In this document: piece by piece, positions 45,248-54,143 of the stretch
Position numbering within the stretch: position 1 is the first letter of the stretch
How the letters are laid out: the number at the start of each line of letters is the position of its first letter
Assembly: GCA_041747375.1 (NCBI GenBank)
Contig: JBGTFH010000078.1
Span: 37,558-101,557 of the forward strand
Length of the DNA stretch: 64,000 bases
Direction of reading: 5' to 3'
DNA from: Acidimicrobiia bacterium
Lineage (GTDB): Bacteria > Actinomycetota > Acidimicrobiia > Spongiisociales > ZC4RG35
The notes under the pieces: model-generated
What the model was told of the DNA's origin: nothing
Database searches by the model: none
The model's input: the letters and a program-made list of their open reading frames with translations, nothing else
Made by a program: the position numbers and the translations under genes

Positions 45248-45840
45248 AGCTCCCTGATTCGATTCGCACAGAGAAGCTGATACCGATCGCGCGTGGCGTT
45301 TTCCCCGATCGAGCACTCCTGCTGGCCACGGCGCTGCTCGAGGGGGGCTCGTCTGTTCTCGAGATAACACTCGAATCGGGTGATGGCATCGCCTCGATCT
45401 CCGCACTCTCAGGTTCTGGGATGACCGTCGGAGCAGGCACCGTCACCACCATCGAGGAAGCGGAGACGGCGATGGAAGCCGGGGCCCACTTCCTCGTCTC
45501 GCCCCACCTCGATCCCTACCTGGTGGAATGGGCAATCGAAAACGACGTCCCCTACCTGCCGGGCGTTTTCTCTCCGACTGAGGTAGCGGCGGTACTCAGC
45601 CTGGGCCTCGAAACCATGAAGATCTTCCCGGCGAATGTCGGTGGGCCCGACCTCATCCGGTCGCTGCGTGGCCCATTTCCCCAACTCGAGGCCATAGCGA
45701 CGGGTGGCGTCGGAGTGGACAATGCCAGTGAATACCTGGCCGCGGGAGCGGTGGCGGTAGGTGTCGGGACCTGGCTGACCGGCTCCGAAGATTTCGTGCT
45801 AATCACCGAGCGGACAAAGGCACTTTTCCAAGTTGTCTAG
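45244..45840 (+). CDS. eda: 2-dehydro-3-deoxy-phosphogluconate / 4-hydroxy-2-oxoglutarate aldolase (KDPG aldolase family)
   Basis: ATGA start/stop overlap with the SDR gene. LIPIARG, EITL, GAGTV, KIFPA and PTGGV-like (ATGGV) motifs. Confidence 0.8.
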   Translation: MKLPDSIRTEKLIPIARGVFPDRALLLATALLEGGSSVLEITLESGDGIASISALSGSGMTVGAGTVTTIEEAETAMEAGAHFLVSPHLDPYLVEWAIENDVPYLPGVFSPTEVAAVLSLGLETMKIFPANVGGPDLIRSLRGPFPQLEAIATGGVGVDNASEYLAAGAVAVGVGTWLTGSEDFVLITERTKALFQVV

Positions 45841-45872
45841 ACAACTTGGACAGAGCCTGTCACACTGGGGAC

Positions 45873-46577
45873 ATGCATCCAGAAAACCTCACCGCAAGCG
45901 ACGTCACTTATGAAGAAGTCGCCGGAACGATTGACCATTCCCTACTCAAGCCCGAACTGAGCATCGACCAGATCCTCGAGGGGTGCGATCTTGCCGATCA
46001 ATACAAAGTGGTCTCCGTCTGTGTGCGCCCGGCCGACGTGCCGGTCGCAGCTGAAAGACTCTCCGATTCTCCCGTTGCGGTTGGCACGGTGGTCGGGTTC
46101 CCGCACGGTTCCTCAACCACCGTGGTGAAGGTCAAGGAAGCCGAGCAGGCTATGGCAGATGGGGCAGTGGAACTGGACATGGTGCTCAACATCGGGTGGC
46201 TGATCTCGGGCCGATACGAACAGGTAGAAAAAGACATCCAGGCTGTCGTTCAAGCTGCAGGAGACGATGCCCTGGTGAAGGTGATCCTGGAAAACGCCTA
46301 TCTCACCGACGACCAGAAGGTCAAAGGGTGTCAGCTATCCGAATCCGCCGGGGCCCACTATGTGAAGACGTCCACAGGCTACGCACCGACCGGAGCGACG
46401 ATCGCCGACTTGCGTCTCATGCGCGCCACCGTCGGCCCGAACGTGAAGGTCAAGGCGGCGGCGGGTGTTCGCACCCTCGACAGCTTGCTCGCCGTGATGG
46501 AAGCAGGAGCGACCAGGTGCGGGGCGACGCAGACTGCTGCCATGCTCGACGATTACCTGGCCCGTACGTCCGGCTGA
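45873..46577 (+). CDS. deoC: deoxyribose-phosphate aldolase family protein
   Basis: IDHSLLKPE, VCV, DMVLNIG and KVILE...YVKTSTG (Schiff-base Lys context). I chose ATG 45873. Confidence 0.8.
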   Translation: MHPENLTASDVTYEEVAGTIDHSLLKPELSIDQILEGCDLADQYKVVSVCVRPADVPVAAERLSDSPVAVGTVVGFPHGSSTTVVKVKEAEQAMADGAVELDMVLNIGWLISGRYEQVEKDIQAVVQAAGDDALVKVILENAYLTDDQKVKGCQLSESAGAHYVKTSTGYAPTGATIADLRLMRATVGPNVKVKAAAGVRTLDSLLAVMEAGATRCGATQTAAMLDDYLARTSG

Positions 46578-47464
46578 TCGCGCCCGGCCAGGGCCGCGCC
46601 GATCGCCCCGGCCAGCGAACCCAGACTGGCAGGCACCACGGAGAGGCGGTCAACCGGGACCAGGGTCACCCGGCGCCGTATCGCCTCCCGAAGAGGCACA
46701 AAGAGCAGGTCGCCGGCGGCCGCGATCCCACCACCGACCACGACTACGTCGGGACCGATGACGGTCACTGTGTTGGCGAGGGCAATGCCGAGGTACTCGG
46801 CAACCCGGGCAATTGCGTCGAGGGACCTTTCGTCGCCGCGGGAAGCGTTCTCAAACACCTCCTCGGCCGAATCCATCCCTGCCAGTTCCGCCAGAGCATC
46901 AGCCTTGGTCAGTGCTTCGACACACCCCCGGTTTCCGCACCCGCACATCGGACCGTCGGGCAGAACGGTCTGATGTCCGATTTCGCCGGCCGTTCCGAAC
47001 GCTCCGAGATGCAGCCGGCCATCGACGGTGATGCCGCCGCCCACTCCGGTCCCCAGAACCATCGCCACCACGATTCGCGCCCCGCGGCCCGCTCCCATGG
47101 TGCTTTCGGCAATGGTGAAGGCGCGGGCGTCGTTGATCATGACCACATCCGAGGCGAGACCCCGGCTCACCTCATCTCTGAGCGGAAAACCTCGCCACGG
47201 CCCCGGAAGGTTAGGAAACAGGCTCACCTCGCCGGTTTCTGGGTCGAAGAGGCCGGGAACCCCCAAACCAACGGTCTCGACCGGGGCGTATTCTCTGAAA
47301 GCGTCGTCTCGAGCCTGGACCAACCGGCTGGCGACTACTTCCGGCCCCTCACCCCCGTGCGTGGGCAAGGTCCCCCGGCCGACAACTTCGGGAACACCGT
47401 CGCCTTCGAGGACAACCCACTTGATATTGGTCCCACCGAGGTCGAGTCCGAGATGTCGGCTCAT
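46553..47464 (-). CDS. ROK family sugar kinase
   Basis: LGLDLGGTNIK ATP-binding motif and the ROK zinc motif GEIGHQTVLPDGPMCGCGNRGCVE. The start overlaps the GntR stop (TAATG). Confidence 0.88.
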   Translation of the reverse strand: MSRHLGLDLGGTNIKWVVLEGDGVPEVVGRGTLPTHGGEGPEVVASRLVQARDDAFREYAPVETVGLGVPGLFDPETGEVSLFPNLPGPWRGFPLRDEVSRGLASDVVMINDARAFTIAESTMGAGRGARIVVAMVLGTGVGGGITVDGRLHLGAFGTAGEIGHQTVLPDGPMCGCGNRGCVEALTKADALAELAGMDSAEEVFENASRGDERSLDAIARVAEYLGIALANTVTVIGPDVVVVGGGIAAAGDLLFVPLREAIRRRVTLVPVDRLSVVPASLGSLAGAIGAALAGRDQPDVRAR

Positions 47465-48183
47465 TACCGGGTTTCCTCGCCCCGATACAGCATCGCTTCA
47501 AATGAATACCGGTCCGCCTTGTAACAGGTGACGGTGTGCTCGATTGCGAGGTCGTCCTGATCCCAGATGACCCGGTCCTCACAGAGGAGCACGCCCTCAC
47601 CGGGGACAAGACCCAACAGCTCCCGCTCCCGGTTCGAGGCCTTGCGCGCCGTAACTTCCGCCAGGGCACGGGTTGGAATGTGGCCGGCCTCCTCGAAAGC
47701 GAGATGAAGCGACCCTTCTTGGCTGTCGGGATGAAACGAGTCGACCAGAGCTACCGGTATCACGGCGCGCTCGATCGCCATCGGGATCCCGTCGGCGAGG
47801 CGGATCCTCTCCAGGATGCAGACCAGTTCGCCCGGCGCCAGTTCGAGAATTCTCCTCTCGTCTCGTGATGCTTCGGTCACCGCCCTCTCCAACAGCTTGG
47901 ATGACGCCTCGAGCCCGCGACGTCGCATCGACTCGGTGAAGGACAGGGGAGAACCGAGTTGGCGTGGGACCTTGGTCGCCGAGACGAAAGTTCCGGCGCC
48001 CCGCTTCCGGATGACCAGGTCTTCGGCGACGAGCACCTGCACGGCCTGGCGCGCCGTCATCCGGGAGACGCCGAACTGTTCGCACAGCTCCGCATCCGAG
48101 GGGAGACGATCACCGATCGAGGACCTGGCAACGACTCCCCGGAGATACTCGGCAATCAGCGCATACCGGGGGGATGGGCTCAA
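47464..48183 (-). CDS. GntR family transcriptional regulator, HutC subfamily (UTRA effector domain)
   Basis: LPSDAELCEQFGVSRMTARQAVQVL is the wHTH region, followed by a UTRA-like C terminus (SFTESMRRRG...). I prefer the TTG 48183 start, which has AAGGA 9 nt upstream. The ORF-track ATG at 48261 lies 4 nt from the divergent gene and inside the palindrome. The start is uncertain. Confidence 0.8.
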   Translation of the reverse strand: MSPSPRYALIAEYLRGVVARSSIGDRLPSDAELCEQFGVSRMTARQAVQVLVAEDLVIRKRGAGTFVSATKVPRQLGSPLSFTESMRRRGLEASSKLLERAVTEASRDERRILELAPGELVCILERIRLADGIPMAIERAVIPVALVDSFHPDSQEGSLHLAFEEAGHIPTRALAEVTARKASNRERELLGLVPGEGVLLCEDRVIWDQDDLAIEHTVTCYKADRYSFEAMLYRGEETR

Positions 48184-48246
48184 GTTCCCTGATCCTTGGT
48201 TGCCGTGTTGGTTTTCATATGAATCGGACAGTGCCGCATGTAAGTC

Positions 48247-48264
48247 TAAATGTATATACATTTA
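48247..48264. promoter_or_regulatory. perfect 18-bp palindrome, candidate HutC/GntR operator
   Basis: TAAATGTATATACATTTA is its own reverse complement. The core GTATATAC fits the HutC-subfamily operator pattern GT-N-TA-N-AC. It ends 1 nt before ATG 48266. Confidence 0.65.
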
Positions 48265-48265
48265 C

Positions 48266-49069
48266 ATGATGAGCCGATTTGAAGACACTCCAGCTAACCG
48301 TTGGATCAGCGAGGCGAAAGACCTCCTCGACCAAATAGCAACGACCCAGATGTCGTCCATCCTTCAAGTGGCAGAGTGGTGTGCCGCAGCGATCGCCTCG
48401 GGTGGCCTTGTCCACCTGTTCGGTTCCGGGCACTCGCGGATCCCACTCGAAGAGATGTTCCCCCGCTACGGGTCGTTCTCAGGTTTTCACCCCATTGCCG
48501 AGCTCTCGATGACTTTCCACACCGAGGTGGTTGGCACCAACGGGCAACGTCAGGCGATGTATATCGAGAGAGTCCCGGGGTTGGCCGAGGTCCTCCTGTC
48601 CAACTACCGCTTTGGGCCTGAGGACGTGATGATCGTGTTCAGCTCATCAGGGCGGTCGGCAGTCCCGATCGAGATGGCCACCGGAGCGAAGGATCGGGGA
48701 ATGCGGGTGGTCGCCGTAACCTCGGTCGCCGAGTCGATGGCGACTCCCCCATCACATCCCGCAGGCCGGCTTCTCGACAACGCCGACATCGTGATCGATA
48801 TCGGGACGCCACCCGGCGACGCCCTCGTCAGTTTGGATGGTTTGGACACTCCCGTCGGCCCGGGATCGACGATTTCGAACGTTGCGGTCGTCAATGCGAT
48901 CAAGGTCGAGGTAGCCAGCCTGCTCATCGCCCGTGGTGTCAAGCCAGCCGTCCTCACCAGCGCCTCGCTGGTTGGTGCCGACCGGTCATCCCAGCTCTTC
49001 GACGACGCGTATGCCGACTATTCGCACCGACTTGCCGCCGCCATCGACATGTCTCCCCGGGAGCCCTGA
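48266..49069 (+). CDS. SIS (sugar isomerase) domain protein, UPF0309-like
   Basis: GGLVHLFGSGHSRIPLEEMF and VFSSSGRSAVPIE motifs. I chose ATG 48266. No RBS is visible, so the transcript may be leaderless. Confidence 0.75.
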   Translation: MMSRFEDTPANRWISEAKDLLDQIATTQMSSILQVAEWCAAAIASGGLVHLFGSGHSRIPLEEMFPRYGSFSGFHPIAELSMTFHTEVVGTNGQRQAMYIERVPGLAEVLLSNYRFGPEDVMIVFSSSGRSAVPIEMATGAKDRGMRVVAVTSVAESMATPPSHPAGRLLDNADIVIDIGTPPGDALVSLDGLDTPVGPGSTISNVAVVNAIKVEVASLLIARGVKPAVLTSASLVGADRSSQLFDDAYADYSHRLAAAIDMSPREP

Positions 49070-49102
49070 GTCGGGCTTTCGCAGCTGAGATGTCCGTCGA
49101 TC

Positions 49103-50101
49103 TCAGGCGTCGGACGTGATCCGTGTGTAGGCGGCGGCCACGAACACGATGATTGCGCCGAAAAGGATCTGACGTACTGCTTCGGGGTAACCCAGTGACG
49201 AGAGCATCGAAGAAATTACAGTCAGGATCAGCGCCCCGACGATCGTGCCTGCATAGCCACCCCGGCCACCCATGATCGAGGTGCCACCGATGACCGCGGC
49301 GGCCACCGATGGGAGAAGAGCCGAGTCGGCCAGAGTGACGCTTGCGACGTTGGTGAGACCGGAGAACAGGAATCCGGCGATACCAGCCAGGAGCGCCGAG
49401 AAAACGTAGAGAACGATCAAAACCTGCCAGGAGCGAGCACCGGAGAGACGTGAGGCAATCGGGTTGTCCCCGATCGCATAGAGAAGACGCCCGAATCCGG
49501 TTCGATTGAGCACGAGGAAGATAACGGCTGCCAGCGGCAGAAAGACAATCAGGCTCAGCGGAATAATGTCGAGGAACATCTCACCGCCGATGCGTCGGAA
49601 CTGATCGGGAACGCCGGAGCCGGTCTGCACCATCTGCAATTGCCAGACATTGGTGAAGCCCAAGACGACGAGGCTCATGCCCAGAGTCATGATCAAGGGG
49701 TGCACCCGGAATACGCCAACACCGATTCCGGTGACCAGCCCGACTAACGCGGCGACTGCCAGAGCGATCAGAATCCCCACTCCCAGACCGGGACCGCCGA
49801 CAAGAGTTGCAACGACGAATCCGGTCATCGAGGCCACCGCTCCCACCGACAGGTCGATGCCTCCAGTGAGCATCGTCATCGTCTGGCAGCCAGCGAGAAT
49901 CGCGAGCGGGATGGCGGCACGCATCATGACCCCGGCCCAGTTGAGGCTGACAATGCCAGGTCGGATGATTTCGCTGAGGACCACAAGGATTGCGAGCATC
50001 ACCAGGAGGGGAATGATGGGCCGTTCCCGGAAGAGCGACCGTATCCGGGCAGGCGACCACCAATTCTGACGCGACTCCGTCGGGGTCGTCACATCGGTCA
50101 C
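49103..50101 (-). CDS. sugar ABC transporter permease (CUT2, ribose/xylose type)
   Basis: 332 aa polytopic membrane protein. 4-nt overlap with the upstream permease gene. Confidence 0.85.
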   Translation of the reverse strand: MTDVTTPTESRQNWWSPARIRSLFRERPIIPLLVMLAILVVLSEIIRPGIVSLNWAGVMMRAAIPLAILAGCQTMTMLTGGIDLSVGAVASMTGFVVATLVGGPGLGVGILIALAVAALVGLVTGIGVGVFRVHPLIMTLGMSLVVLGFTNVWQLQMVQTGSGVPDQFRRIGGEMFLDIIPLSLIVFLPLAAVIFLVLNRTGFGRLLYAIGDNPIASRLSGARSWQVLIVLYVFSALLAGIAGFLFSGLTNVASVTLADSALLPSVAAAVIGGTSIMGGRGGYAGTIVGALILTVISSMLSSLGYPEAVRQILFGAIIVFVAAAYTRITSDA

Positions 50102-51102
50102 AATTCGCTCCGCCTGAGCTGGATCAAGCTACCCACCATGACGACTCCGACCAGGATCAAACCCTGGGCGACCGTGGCGAGGTTGGTGTTCAGGTTGAGG
50201 AAGGTCATGTCGGTGCGGATCAAAGAGAGGATGATCACGGCGATGATGGGACCGAAGACGCCACCGCGACCACCGACCAAGCTCACACCACCCAGGACTA
50301 CTGCAGCCACACTCAACAGGGTGTACGGCCCGGGGACCGGCGTTCCTATCCCGGTGGTTGCCGTCAGGCTCAAACCACCTAGTGCCGAGAATAGGCCCGC
50401 CAGCATGTATGCGAAGATCTTGGTCCTGGCGACTGACACTCCGCTGCGGTAGGCAGCGAGCGGGTCACTGCCGATCGCGTAGAGGGAAAGCCCGAGCCGC
50501 GATCTCCTGATCGGGATCCAGATCACGCTGACGACGACCAGGAGGACCAGGGCGGCCCTCGGGATCCACTCACTAACTACAGAACCCCTGGCGAGGTTGG
50601 TCAACCACTCCGCAGACCCGCCTCCCGGGGTCTTGAGGACGAGTAATGCGCAACCGGCCCAAACAAACAACATCGCCAACGTCACCACGATGTCGGGAAC
50701 CCTTGTGAGCACGATCAGCCCGCCATTGACGGCTCCGAGAATCATGCCGAAGACCATCACCCCGATGACCACGCCGATTGCGGCACCTTCGCCACGCTCG
50801 TCCATGAGCGTTGCGGACACGACGCTGGTCAGCGCCATCATCGACCCCACAGAGAGATCGATGCCTCGGGCGATGACCGCACATGCCTGGGCAACGGCCG
50901 CCAGGGCCAGGGGAAACACGGAGATACCCAGACCCTGAATACCCGCCGGGCCGTAGGTGGGTTGGATGATCTTGGTGAAGACCAGCAGGACCACGAGGAT
51001 CCCGAGGAGGGCGAGTATCCACACGTTGCGTCGCACCGCAGCGGCCATAGACTCGAAAATCGCCGGTCGTTCGTGTTCCACCGGAGGCGCACTGGTGCTC
51101 AT
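50098..51102 (-). CDS. sugar ABC transporter permease (CUT2 type)
   Basis: 334 aa polytopic membrane protein. 1-nt overlap with the ATPase gene. Confidence 0.85.
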   Translation of the reverse strand: MSTSAPPVEHERPAIFESMAAAVRRNVWILALLGILVVLLVFTKIIQPTYGPAGIQGLGISVFPLALAAVAQACAVIARGIDLSVGSMMALTSVVSATLMDERGEGAAIGVVIGVMVFGMILGAVNGGLIVLTRVPDIVVTLAMLFVWAGCALLVLKTPGGGSAEWLTNLARGSVVSEWIPRAALVLLVVVSVIWIPIRRSRLGLSLYAIGSDPLAAYRSGVSVARTKIFAYMLAGLFSALGGLSLTATTGIGTPVPGPYTLLSVAAVVLGGVSLVGGRGGVFGPIIAVIILSLIRTDMTFLNLNTNLATVAQGLILVGVVMVGSLIQLRRSEL

Positions 51103-52667
51103 TACTCGGTCGGCTCCCCGGACTCTTCTGTCGATTGCGCATCGCCGTCGTGTGCCGCACCAAAAGCCTCCTCGGGGAGAAGGGCGTCGGAGGGGAGGTT
51201 GTGCGCCGCACGGAGAAGCGTGGCCTCATCTGCGGTCGCGGCGTCGATCTCGGCGACGACTTCGCCTCCGAAGATCACGATTGCCCGGTCGCAGACGAGA
51301 TTGATCTCACTCAGCTCGGAGGTATACAGAAGAATCGAAGCTCCGGCGTCGGCTAGCTCCCTAATCAACAGGTAGATCTGATGCTTGGTCCTGATGTCGA
51401 TACCGCGAGTCGGGTCGAAACAGAGCATCGTCTCGACCCCTCCGGCCACCCATCGGGCGATTGTCACCTTCTGCTGATTGCCTCCAGATAGGAGACGAAC
51501 TTCTTTCTGTGCCCGGGTGTCGATCTGGAGGGTGGCGATGGCACCGTCTACTTTGGGTCGTTCCTCTCGCCGGCGGATCAGTCCCCAGTTGCGCATACGG
51601 ACGCTGAACGGCAACGCAATGTTTTCCCGGACGGACTGCTCGGCCAGGAGCGCCTCGGCACGATCTGCAGGAACGAAGACCATTCCTGCCCTGATCGCGT
51701 CAGCAGGGTGGTGGAAAGTGACTTCTACGCCGTCCAAGACCACCTGCCCGGCGGCGGGCCGGGCCGATCCGGCGAGGATGTCAAAGAGCTCGTCCTGGCC
51801 CTGACCTTCCAGTCCCACCACTCCGAGAACCTCTCCCTTTCGGAGGGTGAATGAAACATCCTTGAGGCGAGAGCTGGCACCGAGGCTCTTGACCTCGAGC
51901 CGGGGCGGGCCCGATGCGGTGTGCTCTTCCTTGCGTTCGCGCCGTGCCGGCATCTGGCCGACGATCTCGCCGAGCATCAGCTCGACGATCCGGTCGGCCG
52001 AGTCGGCATTGACATCGACCACCCCAACGGTCTCCCCTTCCCTCAAGACCGTCGCCCGGTCGCAAACCGAGGCAATCTCAGTCATTCGGTGGGAAATGAA
52101 AATGATGCAACCGTTGCTGCCCCGTCGGTCGTTGACCGTCTCCAGGACTCGTTCGGTGAGGTTGGCGGGCAGGGCAGCCGTCATCTCGTCGAGCATGAGG
52201 ACGTCGGGCTCGATGGCCAGCGCCCTCGCGAGGTCAATGATCCGGAGCGAAGCGAGGGGAACATTTCTCGCCATCACCCCCAGGTCGAGCTTGTCGAGTC
52301 CCAATTGGCCAAGCCAGTGTCGAAAGGAGTCGACTGGTGTCCGGGTCAGCCGGAGGTTTGACCTGATGTCGAGGTCAGGGATGAGGGAAGGTTCCTGGTA
52401 AACTGAGACAAGGCCCCCGCGCCGCGCTTCGGCGGGCGAGTGGGCCATTCTCGTCTTCCCGCGGACAACAATCGATCCCCCGTCAGGCCGTATCGCACCG
52501 GTGAGTACCTTGACCAGCGTGCTTTTCCCGGCACCGTTCGCCCCCATCAATGCATGAATCTCGCCGGATCGAACGCGCAGTGATGCCGACTTGAGAGCGA
52601 TAACCGCCCCGTATCTCTTCGAGATGTCAGTGGCCTCGAGCAAGTATTCGTCGTGGTTCAGGGTCAT
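51102..52667 (-). CDS. sugar ABC transporter ATP-binding protein with duplicated NBD (RbsA/MglA type)
   Basis: First NBD: GANGAGKST and LMLDEMT. Second NBD: LSGGNQQKV. 521 aa. Confidence 0.9.
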   Translation of the reverse strand: MTLNHDEYLLEATDISKRYGAVIALKSASLRVRSGEIHALMGANGAGKSTLVKVLTGAIRPDGGSIVVRGKTRMAHSPAEARRGGLVSVYQEPSLIPDLDIRSNLRLTRTPVDSFRHWLGQLGLDKLDLGVMARNVPLASLRIIDLARALAIEPDVLMLDEMTAALPANLTERVLETVNDRRGSNGCIIFISHRMTEIASVCDRATVLREGETVGVVDVNADSADRIVELMLGEIVGQMPARRERKEEHTASGPPRLEVKSLGASSRLKDVSFTLRKGEVLGVVGLEGQGQDELFDILAGSARPAAGQVVLDGVEVTFHHPADAIRAGMVFVPADRAEALLAEQSVRENIALPFSVRMRNWGLIRRREERPKVDGAIATLQIDTRAQKEVRLLSGGNQQKVTIARWVAGGVETMLCFDPTRGIDIRTKHQIYLLIRELADAGASILLYTSELSEINLVCDRAIVIFGGEVVAEIDAATADEATLLRAAHNLPSDALLPEEAFGAAHDGDAQSTEESGEPTE

Positions 52668-52695
52668 ATCACCGGATGTGGCCGCAGATAAAGCA

Positions 52696-52727
52696 ATGCG
52701 CCGGCGATCTTAGATCCGCCGGCGCAT
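52696..52727 (-). other. intra-operon stem-loop between the SBP and ATPase genes
   Basis: ATGCGCCGGCG (52696-52706), loop atcttagatc, CGCCGGCGCAT (52717-52727). The 11-bp stem is perfect. Confidence 0.5.
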
Positions 52728-52752
52728 CACTACTAGCTAACTGTCGGCGCTT

Positions 52753-53907
52753 CTACTCGCCCGGGCCTAGACACGCAACAGCCTGCTCAGGCGTGTACGT
52801 GGTGAAACCGGGGATCTCCAGACCGAGCGGCCACAACGGGTCGAGCCCGTCCACCTGCCACGATTCCAGGAGAGCGATGCCCTCCGGGGACGTGTTGTCG
52901 GCGAGCAACGGAACAAGGAGAACCGTGTTCGGCTGACTGGCTTCGGGTGCGGTCTCCACCTCTTCGTTGGCAAGCAAACGCAGCGCCAGGTTGATTCCGG
53001 CACCACCCACGGCGGCCGTGTTGGTTACCGCAGCACCGTCGAGGCCTGCGAAACCCTCGGTGTCGAGGAGCTGAGCAACAAAGGCACCGAGGTCCGCACC
53101 CACGATCGGAACGTAGTCGAGGCCGGCCTGGCTGATGGCGTCAACCACCTGTGAGTCCATACCGGAGGTCCAGATACCGTCGATTTCTTCGTACTGGCCG
53201 CTGGCGATGAAGTCGTTGATGAGGCCGGTCGTGGTGGCCGGGTCCCATCCGGTGTGAACACCTTCGGGGCCGGGAACCACTTCGATACCGGGGTTCTCTT
53301 CGAGAGCCATCTGGAATCCGGTGTCCCGGTCGGTGTCGGCCGGGTGTCCGGCGATACCGCGCATGTAGTAGACGGTGCCTTCACCACCAAGCTGCTCGAA
53401 CAACCATGAGGCGCCCAGGTAGGCGTATTGAACCTGGTTGTTGTACAGGTTGTAGGTGTTGGCGTCGGTCACGAATGCGTCCACCGAAACCGTGACGATG
53501 CCGGCAGCGTTCGCCTCTTCGAGGGCGGGGTTGAGCGCTTCGGCGTCATTCGGGTTGAAAACGATCGCGTCGACATCCGCCGCAATCAGGTCACGTATGT
53601 CAGAGAGCTGGCCGGCAGCGTCGGTATTCCGGTGGATTACCACCAGTTCCGTCACCTGGCCGGATGCAAGTGCCTCCGCCTTGGCCGTACAGACCTGCTC
53701 TTCCCGGAACCCGTTGCCGACGCCTCCGCCGTTCGAGTATCCGATCTTGTAGGTCATGTCGCCGTCGACGGTGCCCTCAGTTGTGGTCGTGTCTCCTGAC
53801 GCCGCAGTCGTTTCGGTGCTGTCGCCGTCGCCGTCGCCACAGGCTACGGCCACCAACGACAACGCCATGAGCGCCACGAAGGTTCTGAACCATCGCATTT
53901 TGATCAT
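52753..53907 (-). CDS. sugar ABC transporter substrate-binding lipoprotein (periplasmic binding protein family 1)
   Basis: RBS AGGAG lies 7 nt upstream of the ATG. Lipobox LVAVAC. A Thr-rich linker is followed by an RbsB-like fold. Confidence 0.85.
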   Translation of the reverse strand: MIKMRWFRTFVALMALSLVAVACGDGDGDSTETTAASGDTTTTEGTVDGDMTYKIGYSNGGGVGNGFREEQVCTAKAEALASGQVTELVVIHRNTDAAGQLSDIRDLIAADVDAIVFNPNDAEALNPALEEANAAGIVTVSVDAFVTDANTYNLYNNQVQYAYLGASWLFEQLGGEGTVYYMRGIAGHPADTDRDTGFQMALEENPGIEVVPGPEGVHTGWDPATTTGLINDFIASGQYEEIDGIWTSGMDSQVVDAISQAGLDYVPIVGADLGAFVAQLLDTEGFAGLDGAAVTNTAAVGGAGINLALRLLANEEVETAPEASQPNTVLLVPLLADNTSPEGIALLESWQVDGLDPLWPLGLEIPGFTTYTPEQAVACLGPGE

Positions 53908-54143
53908 TGATTATCTCCTATTTTTAGGCACCCCAATTGGTCTTCGTGGGTGCCCGAACGCGGAGTCTCGCACGCGATTTGGGGGATGTCCACTTATACG
54001 GAAAAGCCAGCTATACGTTTGCCAATGTTGTCTATAAGTCCTGTTGTCAGATAACTCACGCCGTGAGAACATCGGGTGGGAGACCTTTTGTAATGTCCGG
54101 GTCTCATGTCATCCGGCAGCTGGATTTCGAGGATTGGAGACGG

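Noticed and set aside
46196-47524. Long ORFs antisense to confidently assigned genes. Examples: 46196..47524 (+, 442 aa) opposite the ROK gene; 14194..15285 and 14606..15736 (-) opposite the NRPS; 17199..17990 and 17735..18469 (-); 30057..30992 (+); 36076..36687 (-); 41032..41625 (-); 56703..57437 (-); 60123..60887 (+).
   Set aside because: Their translations are Arg/Pro/Gly/Ser-rich low-complexity sequence with no family motifs. Each is fully shadowed by an opposite-strand or alternative-frame ORF with clear conserved motifs. This is typical high-GC shadow-ORF behaviour.
48184-48261. ATG 48261 as the start of the GntR regulator.
   Set aside because: It lies inside the 18-bp palindrome and only 4 nt from the divergent SIS start, leaving no promoter space. 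The encoded 26 extra residues (MYIHLDLHAALSDSYENQHGNQGSGN) precede the usual GntR N terminus. TTG 48183 with an AAGGA RBS is more plausible, though unproven.
47816-48265. N-terminal extensions offered by the ORF track for several genes: 47816 (SIS), 12854, 16110, 23851, 23940, 28034, 33266, 37653, 40513, 45220, 45846, 53937, 59853, 61534.
   Set aside because: The extensions overlap upstream genes or lack family similarity. In each case an internal ATG/GTG/TTG is available with a plausible RBS or a start/stop overlap, and it yields a protein that begins where the family normally begins.
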